Source: Candidatus Zixiibacteriota bacterium
Lineage (GTDB): Bacteria; Zixibacteria; MSB-5A5; CAIYYT01
Direction: 5' to 3'
Assembly (NCBI GenBank): GCA_040235515.1
Contig: JBECKX010000071.1
Span: 1 to 11,219, forward strand
DNA: 11,219 nucleotides
Shown here: one piece after another, positions 1 through 7,865 of the stretch
Numbering within the stretch: the stretch's first letter is position 1
Layout of the letters: every line of letters begins with the position of its first letter
Made by a program: the position numbers and the translations under genes
Notes under the pieces: model-generated
Database searches by the model: none
Seen by the model: only the letters and a program-made list of their open reading frames with translations
Told to the model about the DNA's origin: nothing

Positions 1-511
1 CGTCACCACTGAAGCTCGAATTGAACAATTCGAAATCGCCATTCGTGGGCGGTAACTTGGAGATGTCGCTCACAGTCACCGTACCTGAGGATGAAATCAC
101 GCGGAACGGGATCAGAATATCGGAAACGATGTTTGTGTTCTTCAACAGGATCGGAATATCGACCTGACCACTTCCCGCGGGAATTGGTACGGTTCCAAAG
201 ATTACCGTGTCGATACCGGGGTCGATCGAGTATGCGGGATGCGGCGGACAGGTTCCGGCCGGACCGGCATAGAAGACCCAGAGTGTGAAGAAGCGCGAAT
301 CGCCGAGATTGACCCCATCACGCCCATCGATATCGCCCTGGCCGGGGACCTCGGGTAGATTGCCTACCATGATCTCACTGAACATGATGAGATCACTGAG
401 GTTCGAGGAGCCATCCTGATTGATATCAAAGCAGGGGATTAGTGTCTGAGCGCTTAGCGGCAGACAAAAAAGTGCAAGTGCCAAAGCGACAAACATAACT
501 AATCGCTTCAT
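1..511 (-). CDS. Secreted protein with N-terminal dockerin-like domain followed by a cohesin/Ig-like beta domain (3' end beyond window)
   Basis: Not in the ORF track because it has no stop in the window. Manual translation from ATG at 511 (AGGAGG 6 nt upstream) is open to the edge: MKRLVMFVALALALFCLPLSA-QTLIPCFDINQDGSSNLSDLIMFSEIMVGNLPEVPGQGDIDGRDGVNLGDSRFFTLWVFYAGPAGTCPP...GSGQVDIPILLKNTNIVSDILIPFRV. It has a Sec-type signal peptide and two Ca-binding-loop repeats (DxNxDGxxNxxD; DxDxxxxVNxxD). Confidence 0.85.
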   Translation of the reverse strand, partial: MKRLVMFVALALALFCLPLSAQTLIPCFDINQDGSSNLSDLIMFSEIMVGNLPEVPGQGDIDGRDGVNLGDSRFFTLWVFYAGPAGTCPPHPAYSIDPGIDTVIFGTVPIPAGSGQVDIPILLKNTNIVSDILIPFRVISSSGTVTVSDISKLPPTNGDFELFNSSFSGD

Positions 512-610
512 GGTGCACCTCCTGAGGTGGAAGATAGAGCGCGCCCCCTTGCCGCCCCACGGGTTGTGTTGACTGTCGACCAGTCCTTGGTGTTACCGGA
601 TTGTACTAAC

Positions 611-639
611 AGTTTGCAGCAGCTAACGGTTTCTGTCAA
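611..639 (-). promoter_or_regulatory. Possible sigma70 promoter for the dockerin-protein gene
   Basis: Minus strand TTGACA (639-634), 17 nt spacer, CAAACT (616-611). Perfect -35 but weak -10; about 100 nt upstream of the ATG at 511. Confidence 0.4.
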
Positions 640-694
640 GGAAAATCGGCAAACTGATCCACTAGAATCATGCGATCAGTCGCTTCCTGAGGCC

Positions 695-1945
695 TTAGCG
701 ATCGTTGTAGGCTCCGACTGCAGCCACCAGAGTTTGCATCGCCTCCCGCAGGTCCGCTTCATTCAAGACATACGCGATTCGGACCTCCTGCTTACCGCGA
801 CCGGGAGTGGCATAGAAACCGTCGCCGGGAGCAACCATCACGGTCGCGCCGTTGCGGCGATAGTCGGTCAGCAACCAGGCCGCAAACTTGTTGGCGTCAT
901 CGATTGGAAGCTGTGGCATGATGTAAAACGCACCCGGGGGTTTGCGGAAGATCGCGCCGTCGAGTTTGGCGAGTTCCTCGCAAACGACATCGCGGCGAGC
1001 CTGGTATTCGGTGATCATACCATCGAGGAATCGCGCCAGTGATTGATAGCCGGCGATGGCGCCAATCTGCTCTATCGTGGGGGGACACAATCTCGCCTGC
1101 CCCATCCGCAGTGCTGCCTCAATCAGGTTCGCGTTTCGGCTGACGAGACAACCGACGCGGGCGCCGCAGGCGGAAAAGCGTTTCGAGATCGAGTCGAGCA
1201 TAACCGCACGGTCGGCGATCTCCGGGATACTCAGCACTGAAGTGTGCGCCCCGCCCTCGTAGGTAAATTCGCGGTAGACCTCGTCCGCCAGGAGCCAGAG
1301 ATCGTGCTTGAGCACCAGTTCGGCCAGCATCTCCACGGCTGTTTGCGGCAGAATCGCACCGGTCGGGTTGTTCGGCGAGCAGTAAAGGATGGCCCGGGTG
1401 CGCGGTGTGATCAGCGACTCGATCACGTCGCGTGACGGCAAGGCAAATCCCTCCTCAACCGAGGTCGGAATCGGCACAACCTTGAGCCCCGACATGGTGG
1501 CGAAGCCATTGTAGTTCGTATAGAATGGTTCAGGCACGAGCACCTCGTCGCCGGGGTCACCGATCGCCATCAGCGCAAAAAGGATCGCCTCTGACCCCCC
1601 TGTCGTGACGATGATCTGATTGGGATTGATGTCGATCCCGAACCGCTCGCAGTAAGCGCAGATCTCCTCGCGCAGCGGCAACAACCCTTCCGAGGGACCG
1701 TACGCCAGTACCGGATCACCGAATTTCCGCACCGCCGACATGATCTCAGCCGGAGTGATAATATCGGGCTGTCCGATATTGAGGTGGTAGATCTTCGTGC
1801 CGTCGGCTTTGGCGGCGTTAGCAAGCGGCATCAGGCGCCGGATCGGTGACGCCTGCATATCGGTGCTGCGTTGCGAAAGCTCTATCTGGTTTTTTGAATT
1901 CGGCTTGCCCGACATCTCGACATCCGAGGATACTTCGCTGCTCAT
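695..1945 (-). CDS. PLP-dependent aminotransferase, class I/II (aspartate aminotransferase-like)
   Basis: Motifs LNIGQPD, TTGGSEA, SPNNPTG, ADEVY, DSISKRFSACGARVG (PLP lysine) and VRIAY. Start set at ATG 1945 (AGGTGG upstream); GTG 1954 and ATG 1915 are alternatives. Confidence 0.95.
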   Translation of the reverse strand: MSSEVSSDVEMSGKPNSKNQIELSQRSTDMQASPIRRLMPLANAAKADGTKIYHLNIGQPDIITPAEIMSAVRKFGDPVLAYGPSEGLLPLREEICAYCERFGIDINPNQIIVTTGGSEAILFALMAIGDPGDEVLVPEPFYTNYNGFATMSGLKVVPIPTSVEEGFALPSRDVIESLITPRTRAILYCSPNNPTGAILPQTAVEMLAELVLKHDLWLLADEVYREFTYEGGAHTSVLSIPEIADRAVMLDSISKRFSACGARVGCLVSRNANLIEAALRMGQARLCPPTIEQIGAIAGYQSLARFLDGMITEYQARRDVVCEELAKLDGAIFRKPPGAFYIMPQLPIDDANKFAAWLLTDYRRNGATVMVAPGDGFYATPGRGKQEVRIAYVLNEADLREAMQTLVAAVGAYNDR

Positions 1946-2080
1946 TTTTACCACCTGCCGCCAGCCAGCGGCGCAAGGGACAACACTTACGTCTGCACGG
2001 TTGCAGTCAGATTTGGTTCAAGGTTTCCTTAGACCAAAATCACTTATCTTCTCCAGGATTATCTTCTGGAGAATCGCTAC

Positions 2081-2109
2081 ATGTTACATACCGCGTAAGG
2101 TGCTGTCAA
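2081..2109 (-). promoter_or_regulatory. Sigma70-type promoter for the aminotransferase
   Basis: Minus strand TTGACA (2109-2104), 17 nt spacer, TAACAT (2086-2081). Confidence 0.65.
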
Positions 2110-2153
2110 CAGCGTATTCTGATAAGCTGGTGTGATTAACTCCAGTCTTTCAC

Positions 2154-2182
2154 TTGACTTGGGATCGGCAATCGTCCATTTT
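2154..2182 (+). promoter_or_regulatory. Possible sigma70-type promoter for the ArsR gene
   Basis: TTGACT (2154-2159), 17 nt spacer, CATTTT (2177-2182); divergent from the aminotransferase promoter. Confidence 0.45.
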
Positions 2183-2216
2183 GTCAGCCAGCCTGAAAGG
2201 AGTCATGGAAGGCGCA

Positions 2217-2531
2217 ATGACAGACCCGTCTGAGTTTACAGGAACGTTCAAATCGCTGGCGGATGAAACGCGGCTGAAAATCATGCTGGTGCTCAACAGC
2301 CGACCGCGTTCGGTGGGTGAAATCGTCGACCTGTTTAATCTATCACAGCCGACGATCTCGCGGCATTTGCTCGTGTTGAAGCAGAATGGATTGGTTGTCT
2401 CGAAACGACGGGGACAGCAGGTTATCTATGCGCTGAATGAGGATGGCGTCCGTCATCTGGCTCTCGACTTCTTTCGCAATTTCGATTGCTGCAAGGGGAT
2501 CTCTATTCCATCTCTCGGCCGCAAACGCTAA
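2217..2531 (+). CDS. ArsR/SmtB family winged-HTH transcriptional repressor
   Basis: FKSLADETRLKIM...SVGEIVDLFNLSQPTISRHLLVLKQNGLVVSKRRGQQVIYAL is the ArsR signature; C-terminal FDCCKG. Start is ATG 2217 or ATG 2205 rather than TTG 2154. Confidence 0.93.
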   Translation: MTDPSEFTGTFKSLADETRLKIMLVLNSRPRSVGEIVDLFNLSQPTISRHLLVLKQNGLVVSKRRGQQVIYALNEDGVRHLALDFFRNFDCCKGISIPSLGRKR

Positions 2532-2567
2532 AAGGCGCGCGGAAATCCACCCAGGCCGATTCTGATC

Positions 2568-2586
2568 CTCCTGAGTAGTTCAGGAG
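2568..2586. terminator. Hairpin between the convergent ArsR and cupin genes (possible terminator or 3'-stabilising stem)
   Basis: CTCCTGA-gtagt-TCAGGAG 7-bp inverted repeat. There is no clear U-tract on either strand. Confidence 0.35.
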
Positions 2587-2614
2587 CCCCTCATCGCCAG
2601 GCTGATCAGGTTGA

Positions 2615-3043
2615 TTACTTTGACCGGCTTGATTGCTGTTCTGTGATTACCGTATCTTCATGTTCGTACGGCGGGACGCAGATGCAGAGAAACACCAGTT
2701 CGGTATTGCCGGTATTTCTGATTTTGTGTCGATTTCCCGGCAGGAGCGCGACAGAATCCCCTTGCCTGACGCGGAAAGTTTCACCCTCCACCCACATTTC
2801 CGCCTCGCCGGAGAGCATGAAGTAGATCTCCTCCGAAGTAGCGTGGTAGTGTTCATGCGTTTCTCCACCCACCGGCACAACAGCTTCGGCAAGCGATTGG
2901 CGTTCGACCATCGAATTGCGCGGCGCCATGATTTCCCGAATACGAGATCCATCCTTGGTAACAAACTGCACGCAGTCATCGATTCCAATAACTCTCGGCT
3001 TGATGTCTCTCTTATCTGTCACGGTTAGCTTCCCTGTCTTCAT
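2615..3043 (-). CDS. Cupin domain protein (cupin_2-like, metal-binding)
   Basis: HYHATSEEIYFMLSG (motif 1) and GDSVALLPGNRHKIRNTG (motif 2); TKDGSRIRE N-terminus and PPYEHEDT C-terminus. The exact start is uncertain because it overlaps the gmhB 3' end. Confidence 0.9.
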   Translation of the reverse strand: MKTGKLTVTDKRDIKPRVIGIDDCVQFVTKDGSRIREIMAPRNSMVERQSLAEAVVPVGGETHEHYHATSEEIYFMLSGEAEMWVEGETFRVRQGDSVALLPGNRHKIRNTGNTELVFLCICVPPYEHEDTVITEQQSSRSK

Positions 3044-3596
3044 GGTTTAGAATGTAATCGACGGCGGCTGCAAAGTCCTCAACCAGAGGTATAGTCGTCA
3101 AGTCTGCCGGAAGGCGTTTTGATTCGGTTAAACCATAGCCCGTGAGCACCAGCACCGGCTTGGCGCCTACATTACGCGCCAGTTGCGCATCGGCGATCTT
3201 GTCTCCAATCACCCACGACCGTTCCAGATCGATCGCGAAGTCTGCAAGCGCCATATCAACCATCCCCCGGTTCGGCTTGCGGCAATTGCAGGTTTCGCCA
3301 AAGTCGGGGTGGTGCGGGCAATAATAGATTGCATCCAGGCGAACTCCCTCTTCCGCCAGCAGGCCGCGTAGACGCTCGTTCACACCAATCGCATCGTTCT
3401 CACTCAGCAACCCGCGGGCAATGCCCGATTGATTCGTTACGACGATCAGCAGATATCCGCTCGAGGCAGCCCGTTTGAGGGCAGCGGAGACTCCGCGATA
3501 CAATTCAACCTGTTGGGGATCGGAGAGAAAGTTCTTCTCGACGATCAGGCAGCCGTCGCGGTCGCAGAAAAGTGCGGGTCTTGCAGTTCTATCCAT
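3012..3596 (-). CDS. gmhB: D-glycero-D-manno-heptose 1,7-bisphosphate phosphatase (HAD IIIA; GmhB / histidinol-phosphatase family)
   Basis: LFCDRDG (DxD), VTNQSGIARG, Zn site CPHHP...CNCRKP and IGDK..D; adjacent to a heptosyltransferase. ATG 3596 preferred over the alternative start at 3617. Confidence 0.88.
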   Translation of the reverse strand: MDRTARPALFCDRDGCLIVEKNFLSDPQQVELYRGVSAALKRAASSGYLLIVVTNQSGIARGLLSENDAIGVNERLRGLLAEEGVRLDAIYYCPHHPDFGETCNCRKPNRGMVDMALADFAIDLERSWVIGDKIADAQLARNVGAKPVLVLTGYGLTESKRLPADLTTIPLVEDFAAAVDYILNHEDREANRDR

Positions 3597-3642
3597 AACT
3601 ATCGTAGAGTAAATCACTCAGTGGCCGAAGTCAACTCTCGGC

Positions 3643-4644
3643 TCAGAGCCCCAACTGCGAGACTATCTGCTCGACATCCATCTTGAGAAAGCAGTAACGT
3701 TTGTCGCGCCAGCAGCTACGCTCACCGTGGAGGCTGCAGGGAGAACAAGACTCATTGATGCTATATGCGGAAGCATGCCTGCCAACGGGAGAAAAACCGA
3801 GGCGAGGATGTGTTGGCCCAAAGAGGGCAACCGTCGGGCGACCAAGTGCGGCGGACAGGTGGGCAGGCCCGGTATCATTGGAGACCACGGCATCTGCGGC
3901 TTCCAATAGAGCTGCTGACCGGGTAATCAACTCCGGTGTTACCACATGAACGATGGTGCGATTCACCGGTCCGCGAAACTCGTCGACAAACATGCGGAGC
4001 ATTGCCGCCTCGGCTGGAGAGCCAAGCACGACGAAGTTGCCTATCCCCCTCTCGATCAGTTTCGCTGCGATCTGTGCGAAGAGAGAGGCTGGAGCCTGTT
4101 TAGTCGGGTAGCGTGCACCGGCGGCAAACACGGCGTAGTTCGATTCGAGGCCGAGTTCTGAGCGGTGATTTCTCCACCATTCTTTTGCCGGTTCAGGTGC
4201 GACCAGGACAGGCACCTTCTCTCCGGCGGGGATGCCGAGCTGTGCAAGAGCATCGGAATAGCGCTCGATTGCGGGCCTCGGTTCGTAGGCCAATTTTCGA
4301 AAATGGACTGCGCTGAAGCGCTGGAACCAGTCTTTACCGCACTTCACCGATCTCCCCCCTAACGCCGTCCTGACCCGGGCGCTTCTAAGGTTGTTGTGCA
4401 GGTCGACAATCAGATCGTGACGCTGCCGGCGCAATGAACCGACGATTTTCCGGAAATTTTGATCACCCTCCCAGCGCTCGATGCTATCGACTGCCGCAAA
4501 CATCTCGACAACAGCCGAATACTGCGGCTTGGTCAGGTAGTGTAGTTGTGCATCAGGATAGGAAGCGCGCAGAGCACGTACGATTGGTTCGGTCAGAATA
4601 ATATCCCCCAGCGAACTGAATCTGATAATCAGGATTCTCTTCAT
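3643..4644 (-). CDS. Glycosyltransferase family 9 (ADP-heptose:LPS heptosyltransferase, WaaF/RfaF-like)
   Basis: ILIIRFSSLGDIIL, DLIVDLH, VSNDTGPAHLSAALGRPTVALFGPT and CSPC. The ATG at 4644 overlaps the uppP stop (TGATG). Confidence 0.93.
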   Translation of the reverse strand: MKRILIIRFSSLGDIILTEPIVRALRASYPDAQLHYLTKPQYSAVVEMFAAVDSIERWEGDQNFRKIVGSLRRQRHDLIVDLHNNLRSARVRTALGGRSVKCGKDWFQRFSAVHFRKLAYEPRPAIERYSDALAQLGIPAGEKVPVLVAPEPAKEWWRNHRSELGLESNYAVFAAGARYPTKQAPASLFAQIAAKLIERGIGNFVVLGSPAEAAMLRMFVDEFRGPVNRTIVHVVTPELITRSAALLEAADAVVSNDTGPAHLSAALGRPTVALFGPTHPRLGFSPVGRHASAYSINESCSPCSLHGERSCWRDKRYCFLKMDVEQIVSQLGL

Positions 4645-5441
4645 CAAAGGAAGAGTATAGTCAAAATACCCACTACAAGGCAGTAGAAACCGAACATGTA
4701 AAAACGCCGGCCAACGACGATCCGCAACAGCAGGTAGATTGCGACGAGGCCGACGACGAAAGAAACCAGCGCTCCGACACCGAATATTGTCAACTGCCCG
4801 GTGGCCAGCGGGTACCTGGTCAGCTCCAGGCCCTTAAGCAGTGCCGCGCCTGCGACCGCCGGCAACGACAGCAGGAATGAGAAGCGCGCCGCGGTTTCCG
4901 GGTTGAGGCGAAGATATAACCCCATCGTAATCGTGGAGCCCGAGCGGGAGATCCCCGGCAATATGGCGAGGAGCTGAGCGAATCCAATCGCGATCGCCGA
5001 TTTCATCGAGAGCATGCTGTCGAATCTTTTCAGGAAGTAGGTGGAGAGCAACGCGGCGGCTGTGATCAGGAGCATGAATCCGCTGAACTGCGCGGAATCG
5101 AAGCGGGCCTCAAACCAATCCTCGAACAGCAGCCCCCCTACTGCGGCGGGGATGGTGCCGATAATAATGTACATCGCGAGCATAAATCCTGACCGCGTGT
5201 CGACATCACGTTCGCCAAGCAGGAAGCGGAAGAATGAGCGCGTAAGGCCGATGATATCCCGGTAGAAGTAGACAACGACAGAGAGGAGCGTGCCGAAATG
5301 CAGGGCGACTTCGAGGTATATATTCGCCTCATTGACGCCGAGCAGAGCCTGCCCGATCACCAGGTGAGCCGATGACGAGATGGGCAGGAATTCAGATGCT
5401 CCCTGCAGGATCCCCAGGATTATCGAGTCGAGTAGTGTCAT
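4644..5441 (-). CDS. uppP: Undecaprenyl-diphosphate phosphatase (BacA family)
   Basis: LGILQGASEFLPISSSAHL, LPGISRSGSTI and AARFSFLLSLPA; multiple hydrophobic TM segments. Confidence 0.96.
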   Translation of the reverse strand: MTLLDSIILGILQGASEFLPISSSAHLVIGQALLGVNEANIYLEVALHFGTLLSVVVYFYRDIIGLTRSFFRFLLGERDVDTRSGFMLAMYIIIGTIPAAVGGLLFEDWFEARFDSAQFSGFMLLITAAALLSTYFLKRFDSMLSMKSAIAIGFAQLLAILPGISRSGSTITMGLYLRLNPETAARFSFLLSLPAVAGAALLKGLELTRYPLATGQLTIFGVGALVSFVVGLVAIYLLLRIVVGRRFYMFGFYCLVVGILTILFL

Positions 5442-5480
5442 TCGGCGGTGATTGGGCCTCGCAGGCTGCGCTACCCGATA

Positions 5481-6206
5481 CTACCACATAAAGAAGTTGA
5501 GTGCAGCGATTGCGCCGATCTGATCATCTATCTGCAGTTCAGCCGAGATATTGAAAGTGCCGGTGAAATGAAACTGACTTCCCACCGTGATGCCGATATT
5601 GAATTCGGAGTCATCAGCAGAAGCCTGCGCCTCATTCAGAAGCGAGGATTTACCGAGGCTGACTGCCTTCGGCGTAACCAGTGGGCCATAATCCACGCTT
5701 GAGTTGTCGCTGCGCAGATTCAGCCTGCCGTACGGTGTGAACCGAAAGCCGTTCTGAAACTGGAGTGGCTTGCTGACGATCAAATTCCCCCCGATCGACC
5801 AGATCGTAATATCAGTCTTGCCGGTGGTGGTCAGGGAGTAATCGTAGGCATAGTATTGCATGACCGCACCGATGGCGACGTCAACACTCTTGCCCATATC
5901 CGTATCGGCGATCTGGTACTGGATATCGGAACCGACCAGCAGTGCTGCGTCATCGCTGGCATCAAGATCCATCAAACCGACCGTGAGTGAGATATCAACC
6001 GGTGAGGCAATCCCATAGCGGGCGTTTCCGAAAACCGTGAGTGCATCCTCGTAGATACCAACCCCTGTTGAAAGATCCAGGCTCCCCCAACCTAGGGTTT
6101 CGGCTGAGCGGAGTTGTGGAATAAAGAACGCATCCGCAGTCGCGGGGCCACAAATCGCGAACGCAAACGAGATTACTGCGAGCAAAACGAATATCTTCCT
6201 GAACAT
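5481..6206 (-). CDS. Hypothetical secreted protein, probable outer-membrane beta-barrel
   Basis: ATG 6206 with GGAGG/GAGG upstream. Signal peptide MFRKIFVLLAVISFAFAICGPATA, alternating amphipathic strands, and C-terminus AALNFFMW ending in an aromatic residue. Confidence 0.75.
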   Translation of the reverse strand: MFRKIFVLLAVISFAFAICGPATADAFFIPQLRSAETLGWGSLDLSTGVGIYEDALTVFGNARYGIASPVDISLTVGLMDLDASDDAALLVGSDIQYQIADTDMGKSVDVAIGAVMQYYAYDYSLTTTGKTDITIWSIGGNLIVSKPLQFQNGFRFTPYGRLNLRSDNSSVDYGPLVTPKAVSLGKSSLLNEAQASADDSEFNIGITVGSQFHFTGTFNISAELQIDDQIGAIAALNFFMW

Positions 6207-6384
6207 TGTTCCTCTTCCTCCAAAGTACCGAATATCGCGCGCCAACAGGCTGAATCAACAAGAACTTTAGAATGTTATACCGACCAGAACCCGGTGAGGT
6301 TGTCGTTGAACACAAAAAACAATTGAGAAAGAGATACCGACTGCGATCGGCCGGTGGGCGGATGGCTCGGACCGGGGCAGTGGT

Positions 6385-6420
6385 TGAAGTTCGCTTCTGA
6401 AGTTTACTTCTGAAGTTCGC
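6385..6420. repeat. 13-bp tandem repeat, about 2.8 copies (TGAAGTTCGCTTC / TGAAGTTTACTTC / TGAAGTTCGC)
   Basis: Read directly from the sequence. It lies 3 nt downstream of the der stop codon, and each full unit contains a GAAG-N4-CTTC palindrome. Confidence 0.85.
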
Positions 6421-6423
6421 GGT

Positions 6424-7749
6424 CTAAGCGCTGGCTTTGCTGCTGCGCTTATTGAATTTCATCCGAATCGAGTTGCCGACGAATCCGAATTCATCGCGGA
6501 GGCGATTTTCGAGAAACCTGACGTAGGAGCGATCGAGGTACTCCGGGTAGTTAGCGAAAAAGACAAATGTTGGGGGAGCGACCGCGGTTTGGGTCAGGTA
6601 GTAGAACTTGATATGCTGGCCCCGATGCGCCGGGGGATGTTTTTCCGCAACGACAGCTTTGAGGAAGTCATTTAAGTCGGAAGTCGAGATTCGCTTGAAT
6701 CGCTCTTCATATATCTGCAGCACCAGGTCGAGCGGTTTGGTCGCGCGCTGTCCGGTCTTGGCGGATACAAACACCAGCGGGATGAAGTCCATGGTCTTGG
6801 CGCGATCATAGAATGCACGCGTGAAGTGATCCACGGCGTGCGTGTCCTTTTCCACCAGATCCCACTTGTTAACCACCAGCAGGATACCCTTGCGCTCCTC
6901 AACGACCTGCTCGATGATCCTGAGATCGTTGCTGGTTACACCCAGTGGAGCTTCCACCAGCACCATCACTACGTCCGCCCGTTGAATCGACCGAGCCGTG
7001 CGGAGAGCGGTGTAGAACTCGAGGTTGTCTTTCACTCTGGCAGAGCGACGCAAACCGGCGGTATCGATCATAACGATATTGCGGTCATTGTACTCGACCA
7101 GTGAGTCGATCGAGTCCCTGGTGGTACCCGCCACATTCGTGACGATCAAGCGCTCGCTGCCGAGGATCTTATTCACGAGCGAGGACTTGCCCACGTTGGG
7201 TCTGCCAACCACCGCCACATGAATCGTATCTTCGTCATCCTCTTCCTCCACTTCGGGGATGGCGGCGATGATTTCATCAAGCATATCCCCCACACCGGTG
7301 CCGGTCGCGGCGGAGATTGGAATCGGATCACCAAGCCCGAGGCTGTAGAATTCGCTCGCCTGCAATTCCAGGCTATGGTTGTCTGATTTATTGACGGCAA
7401 GGATGGTTGGTTTGCCCGTTTTTTTGAGCAAACGGGCGATATCCTGGTCGATATCGACCGGTCCCACTTTGGCGTCGGTCAGAAACAGGATCAGGTCAGC
7501 TTCTGCGATTGCGATCTCCGCCTGTTCGCGTACCTTCTGCTCGAACAACTCATCCGAGCGCGGCATAAACCCGCCGGTATCGATGGCGATGAAGTAGCGC
7601 CCGGTCCACTCAACTTTCTGATAGAGGCGGTCCCGCGTTACGCCCGGCGTATCGTCGGTAATCGCTTGACGCTGGCGTGAGATGCGATTGAACAGCGTCG
7701 ATTTACCAACATTGGGACGGCCAATAATAGCAACTACGGGTAACGCCAT
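6424..7749 (-). CDS. der: Ribosome biogenesis GTPase Der (EngA)
   Basis: Two tandem G domains (GRPNVGKS twice; DTGG/DTAG; NKSD/NKWD), an acidic linker EEEDDED and a KH-like C-terminus (PPTFVFF...YVRFLENRLR). Confidence 0.98.
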   Translation of the reverse strand: MALPVVAIIGRPNVGKSTLFNRISRQRQAITDDTPGVTRDRLYQKVEWTGRYFIAIDTGGFMPRSDELFEQKVREQAEIAIAEADLILFLTDAKVGPVDIDQDIARLLKKTGKPTILAVNKSDNHSLELQASEFYSLGLGDPIPISAATGTGVGDMLDEIIAAIPEVEEEDDEDTIHVAVVGRPNVGKSSLVNKILGSERLIVTNVAGTTRDSIDSLVEYNDRNIVMIDTAGLRRSARVKDNLEFYTALRTARSIQRADVVMVLVEAPLGVTSNDLRIIEQVVEERKGILLVVNKWDLVEKDTHAVDHFTRAFYDRAKTMDFIPLVFVSAKTGQRATKPLDLVLQIYEERFKRISTSDLNDFLKAVVAEKHPPAHRGQHIKFYYLTQTAVAPPTFVFFANYPEYLDRSYVRFLENRLRDEFGFVGNSIRMKFNKRSSKASA

Positions 7750-7865
7750 AAATCTTGTTTCTTCCTCACTATCCGTATTTGCTAAGCTTCAATTCCAGTG
7801 TAATCTACGAGATAACCGCGACGGCATTTGCATTTCAATCAAAAATCCGCCACCGAAAAAAAACG

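Noticed and set aside
643..669. Second sigma28 promoter (GCCGATTT on the minus strand) upstream of the dockerin gene
   Set aside because: There is no TAAA-like -35 at 15-nt spacing.
2154..2204. TTG start for ArsR at 2154
   Set aside because: The TTG is part of a plausible -35 box (TTGACT); the domain and SD-like sequences point to ATG 2205 or 2217.
6385..6420. CRISPR array interpretation of the repeat
   Set aside because: The units are 13 bp and contiguous, with no spacers and no cas genes.
7841..7863. Intrinsic terminator after the tRNA (T8-CGGTGGCGGA-T5 on the minus strand)
   Set aside because: The stem is only about 4 bp with a G-U pair, too weak to call; read-through into der is plausible.
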